Shown in pieces: positions 63,101 through 64,000 of a DNA stretch of 64,000 nucleotides. The position numbers and the translations under genes were made by a program. Under the pieces are notes generated by a model. The model saw nothing but the letters and a program-made list of their open reading frames with translations, made no database searches and had not been told where the DNA came from. Position 1 is the stretch's first letter. Each line of letters opens with the position of its first letter. Location of the stretch: the IMG/VR virus record IMGVR_UViG_3300046323_000587, positions 62,001 through 126,000 of that record, one strand, 5' to 3'.

Positions 63101-64000
63101 TGCCTGGAACATAAGTAGCTAGTTGATTTATGCATTTATCATAGTCTTTTTTATTAAAATTCTCCCAAATAGTGTTTTTATTACTAGAAAGAGTTTCTAA
63201 TAAATTAGTATAATACTCTTTATTTTTTTCTATTAATTGGTCTATATTAAGTTTATTGCTTGTACGAGGATTTTTAAATTTTAAATCTCCAATTAACTTA
63301 TTTGCAAAACGTTCTCTTAGATTTTTAATATAACCTTGACCTTTATATTTATCTTCTATTACAATTGAAGCAGATGCACTTCCAGTAAGTTTTACCGCTA
63401 CATAAGAGATATTACTAGCAGTTTTAAAATCAATTAACATTGGAATCAATAGTTGTTCAGATTCACCCGTTTCTAATAAAGCTCTATACATTGAAATAGA
63501 GTTATTACTTACATCTAATGAAAAATATTTATCATAAAGAGCTTTTAATAAATTAAATTGAGTTTCTTGTAAGTTTAAACTATTATTCTCTAAAACAGAT
63601 TTTATATTTTGTCTGAATATTTCTATATCTCCAATAGAAGTTAAAGGTTTCAATCCTGCTACTTCATAATCTATCTCCATTTGTTGAAAAGCCTCTTTTC
63701 TTAATAACTCACTGTTTTTATTTAATAGCAATTCAGCTTTATTTTTAGCTTCTCCAAATATGTTAGCAATCTCTCTAAAAGTAAGATAAGATTCTCCTGT
63801 TGAGATATTAGACAACATTAATTGACCAATAGAAGAGAATTTATGGTGTTCAACATTATCTTCATTTGAATAGTTATCTTTAATTGTAAGACTTTTATCT
63901 GAATGTACTTCTCCTTTACCATTAATAGAAACTATTCTATCAAAAGTTGCATTTACTAACCCTGTAAAATTATTATGAATAACTTTCAATAGATTTTCTA
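54123..64000 (-). CDS. Giant crAss-type virion RNA polymerase (5' end beyond the window)
   Basis: >3288 aa with the frame open to the window edge; RIPAQGMQS and GSDYDIDK (58467-58490) match the double-psi-barrel DxDxD catalytic loop of crAss-like RNAPs; SAATDNAKE.IL.KLN. Confidence 0.88.
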   Translation of the reverse strand, partial: ENLLKVIHNNFTGLVNATFDRIVSINGKGEVHSDKSLTIKDNYSNEDNVEHHKFSSIGQLMLSNISTGESYLTFREIANIFGEAKNKAELLLNKNSELLRKEAFQQMEIDYEVAGLKPLTSIGDIEIFRQNIKSVLENNSLNLQETQFNLLKALYDKYFSLDVSNNSISMYRALLETGESEQLLIPMLIDFKTASNISYVAVKLTGSASASIVIEDKYKGQGYIKNLRERFANKLIGDLKFKNPRTSNKLNIDQLIEKNKEYYTNLLETLSSNKNTIWENFNKKDYDKCINQLATYVPGNRIEKLKNNPKLLRSYIIEIYGDENLDYREDSTNFEDKKHRSIFHLQYKIASLLLKRIQDQNTVIDSIKPFIEINKKNNNNRLVRLTKNGETYSNFIGIRLNDLLTNEDTSIIDVSKTSTVTRNVKDSNVPTSINFALALSFTQDLAVTKATNTKLSSLGLANSIFNSVLANNLFFTESDSYRYVSLIDGVLQKSTDKVKQNKDLDKDETALVNIDIFFYLKMAEALKKNTFEFILNPNTYADKPTNYVPTVKPNIEGLTSLVALREKNRTSQQKHFNSLARKLCYTYLSFDITSTSHIEAMLSYLEAIKDPRFKDLSDEAKVAKLQELHQEQNGSGFLNYLIQTSKSNLSIDEKQLLEKQMNDLKSEVFNEEDENSVNYFSSDLDHSDPDKYVNILYKINTILSGLEGKLDKNVMANYQDKIFWKAQAEKNSVYTVYKTKNSLNEDVSGIVIKPDLLLYMKTLNNADSYEQFHNINYATELEKSKDIFLKIGLPEFAKTLDDYRHLPNVKQLRTLLALSENESAMTYLEDFQDNQSVTDKRGNSQYITAYKTSVVVEKTGEIIPNKFFELFYLMHSMYGSQLRLGSSGSTFDREAKKVKWDIYNNISTLKKEFNSFLKDINLENEVIKNKLIQLNEISSLVDYTDTINSDSDLLSLYNEFMFTKILPTSINASFTDGVKRMVTETATGNERTIMNNSLGLKNEMLVIMVDPGNNKIPMKSNAGEIKTDQDIADGAQVGGVLARVVLQKALGGEHGQVVSGTSKFIQILADGFFGGRILDKSAIHFMTAESIEQTKLNEAGNHNFYEATKKMHSIPFLEKVVLNISLSKPIYRFSQDYKFIEYMDSISGVSFNNYFEMMVYLANGKTYSELEQEYKEKNNGSLEGFQPRITSIIPDKGDSEINKINGVYQNINRASNDIAEVIVNDVFPVIEQQFPGARDFYVSFMRYPSSAKAQQPGGITQERFYSATQEELNNSFFVTETTGLKLQTATEHESDEAVISVISQILQANFLEGHTSELANEVALGLAKLGDSNLKEWKTVLDPSKEEEGVEVFRAFCEDVIANQKSGSTARLIEAVNKYNDKHEDKISVNSLISHKSVFNGIFVQLASDFSKKGIRHKFTGNQMVMTPSHNVVKVYDFPAGSVLNGKVLEKDEVGTQEVYSKWIKENQGTPAYKTLKSRNLKWTGYYRDIDGNREYLTDTVVDEEGNIASFTNPLMEEVRKTKNDLENAIKVYEKLEAIIEKNKQLAKNSDSEVELQNSADYKLYKEAKAKLSFSNIMWRFATAKLQKHLSDEGYKTDPCEVIIDSMYKTQFNLEEGYTIDQYNENYFYIRFERDWKAKEIKKTGKKYLIDLDKQLKNLNTFKDKATETNRLLNNTIKSSKTLLKGLQTKINSIDIERLSLLETKSNTKNQTKLDEIEYQISIIDNQKFQLILQQQKEEKLLSTNQSFKQSDNTLIMVEEKIKNLSETYFTVPSKTQESLQQKAKEKYLAFQKSLEMVGARIPAQGMQSYVGMKVVGFQNDLGNAVYHPLEMLWFQGSDYDIDKLNIMAFAFDRGEFIKWNKDIDLSRPETFDLELDVDFIESDQFLPKRFRIKLSSTDEKGKLIEGDSIKVIKEKKLKANQYRQKAYKNYISQRLYDIITHPANGVQANSPISMDSMQAQSKKSVKGKLTFSQFSSMDQAIMVALNRDGKSLTGIFAQDMKAYAIYFNASMLAMKNADSRFVFVPKQTFVRTNMSDGAKLKDFTASAIKVTDKDGVPKFYSSASNLKLNESKQQKEYDKLLGKSNKTEQETKRLNQLGEQLKFMKEFMENASFHIDSAMFTSVKLILSEGGEDFEKISTDTLKGSFDELTKDMQDTFGNNKIKIREKLIAKGLKGEELEKAIEEEVSTLRAFYLSKTILDSSAWETISQAVSAATDNAKEMILGKLNLNSYTASTFSALTALGTPVEDIISILISPEADIIFKELAKSTDIHTYGNSDKIGDVVGRYATVPGLKIENDKYSITSYGKTKQVAADNSNDFLHTYSSLIKKLEEKTLADIEFDEYDNLFITKSGHSIKELIDLKVKSLLVFEHSSNIEGEKHKFTLNFKKNATTKSVLSVAEIDDIQNILRIAYRVNKPIKVKKLLEKFDGFKDTEEIETIDNSYILSILKKDSLKNIILYEKRLLSSTDYIPKSSRNTWEINFYKWLYRTQNLDSTALYKLKEFVGLIEVGMEFNMFGKMLGINQSHKGTFQDHFSFNNTIETFINESYEKFHKTKFGVPFIDYRNKEQMELLTNKEKEAASLEQRISMTENSFIDHITDNISPNELAKIKDILLNPRKNETEMEVISNGITKKYNPRIFNFYLFNKQPIDNPNNLSEITKSNENIAWYRQYHIEYSNLTKKAFPILYSLEVNQHFKNYFTQHSMIYDIMQNKSFVFRELTNLVENLQNFRGKNGKLPNLTDVEFSSILDHIYSVITEKYIEKKSNSKDNPIFVITGKETDDFQTDFNKQSLNSQTNREEFFNSFREHFFNPLKDFLRISSNNSNYLPFDKDGELDFKSPQERIDFFYKTVLNSLVPKEATNYLNKEVNILIQPLVAFADSEMNNDINPVTVNMKKAFELIQGLYFTVTKDSEGNELFTITEQDINKGKTVVDYTSQRSYNITDMFAWYSLITSKFGSSKSSFASILPEKYHIDFVKFIPTVEGTMEFNTMNIVLNYLSSSIPVKDDPKREVYREGKSSNFIKVQEEFYFANKDVPTYEKIKFIGNPLSLLDSQDLGGWVFITGKEGSEKQTAVSFKEDKIEGIKIQSIKFIKPNLNDLKEKIVNSLFNTTEEILLEQDIEKVSQLNKSQFNVIDPQIPLNTENLDTRTLNIFTRLQDYITNLFNITEEYKNTLLDQVTELRNQLNKPNNRQPLNKVEIKTIQNKYNLLNLLSQYNTIDSETNQKLFNFVMALSIINKASSNQVIEGFTFNKNILFDSTPVSSTIEFDEDSLEDIYDLYLNSDATSVIKDC

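Noticed and set aside
63987-63989. TTG at 63989 as the true RNAP start
   Set aside because: The frame stays open to the window edge, so the gene probably starts outside the window
1-64000. Stop-codon reassignment (TAG/TGA), known in some crAss-like phages
   Set aside because: Multi-kb ORFs are intact under the standard code, and TAG and TGA both end genes at sensible positions
1-64000. tRNA/rRNA genes, integrase, reverse transcriptase/DGR
   Set aside because: No cloverleaf, rRNA-like segment or recombinase/RT motif was seen; a tRNAscan-SE run would confirm

Overview
A very AT-rich 64-kb segment of a large dsDNA bacteriophage of the crAss-like type (Crassvirales or close relative). The host is most likely Bacteroidota: there is a TTTG-N20-TAnnTTTG promoter, a Bacteroidota-type histone H1-like gene, and AT-rich leaders with no Shine-Dalgarno sequence. 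The genetic code is standard. The + strand (1-35.4 kb) opens with ~10 kb of small hypothetical genes. A replication and nucleotide-metabolism module follows: family A DNA polymerase split by an ORF-less group I intron (12165-12482), DnaB-like helicase, AAA ATPase, putative SSB, primase, rIIA/rIIB, endonuclease VII, 5'-3' exonuclease, class Ia RNR (nrdA with a mini-intein at the catalytic Cys, plus nrdB), an SF2 helicase followed by twin conserved-loop hairpins, a Dda-like helicase, and Hc1-like and ferritin-like genes. The - strand (35.5-64 kb) carries five large, presumably virion-packaged genes: the giant RNA polymerase (DYDID motif, running off the window) and four mostly multi-domain proteins with zincin peptidase, PD-(D/E)XK nuclease, nucleotidyltransferase, ADP-ribosyltransferase, SF1 helicase, AlkB-like dioxygenase, SLOG and DUF4326-like domains. 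Three observations stand out. (1) These cargo proteins are almost cysteine-free but keep a Cys at their N- and C-termini in a head-to-tail pattern that ends at the last gene. (2) An exact 18-bp in-frame direct repeat brackets the AlkB-like domain like a swappable cassette. (3) A duplicated hairpin with divergent stems and a conserved loop motif follows the SF2 helicase. All domain calls come from motif recognition by eye, not from database searches.
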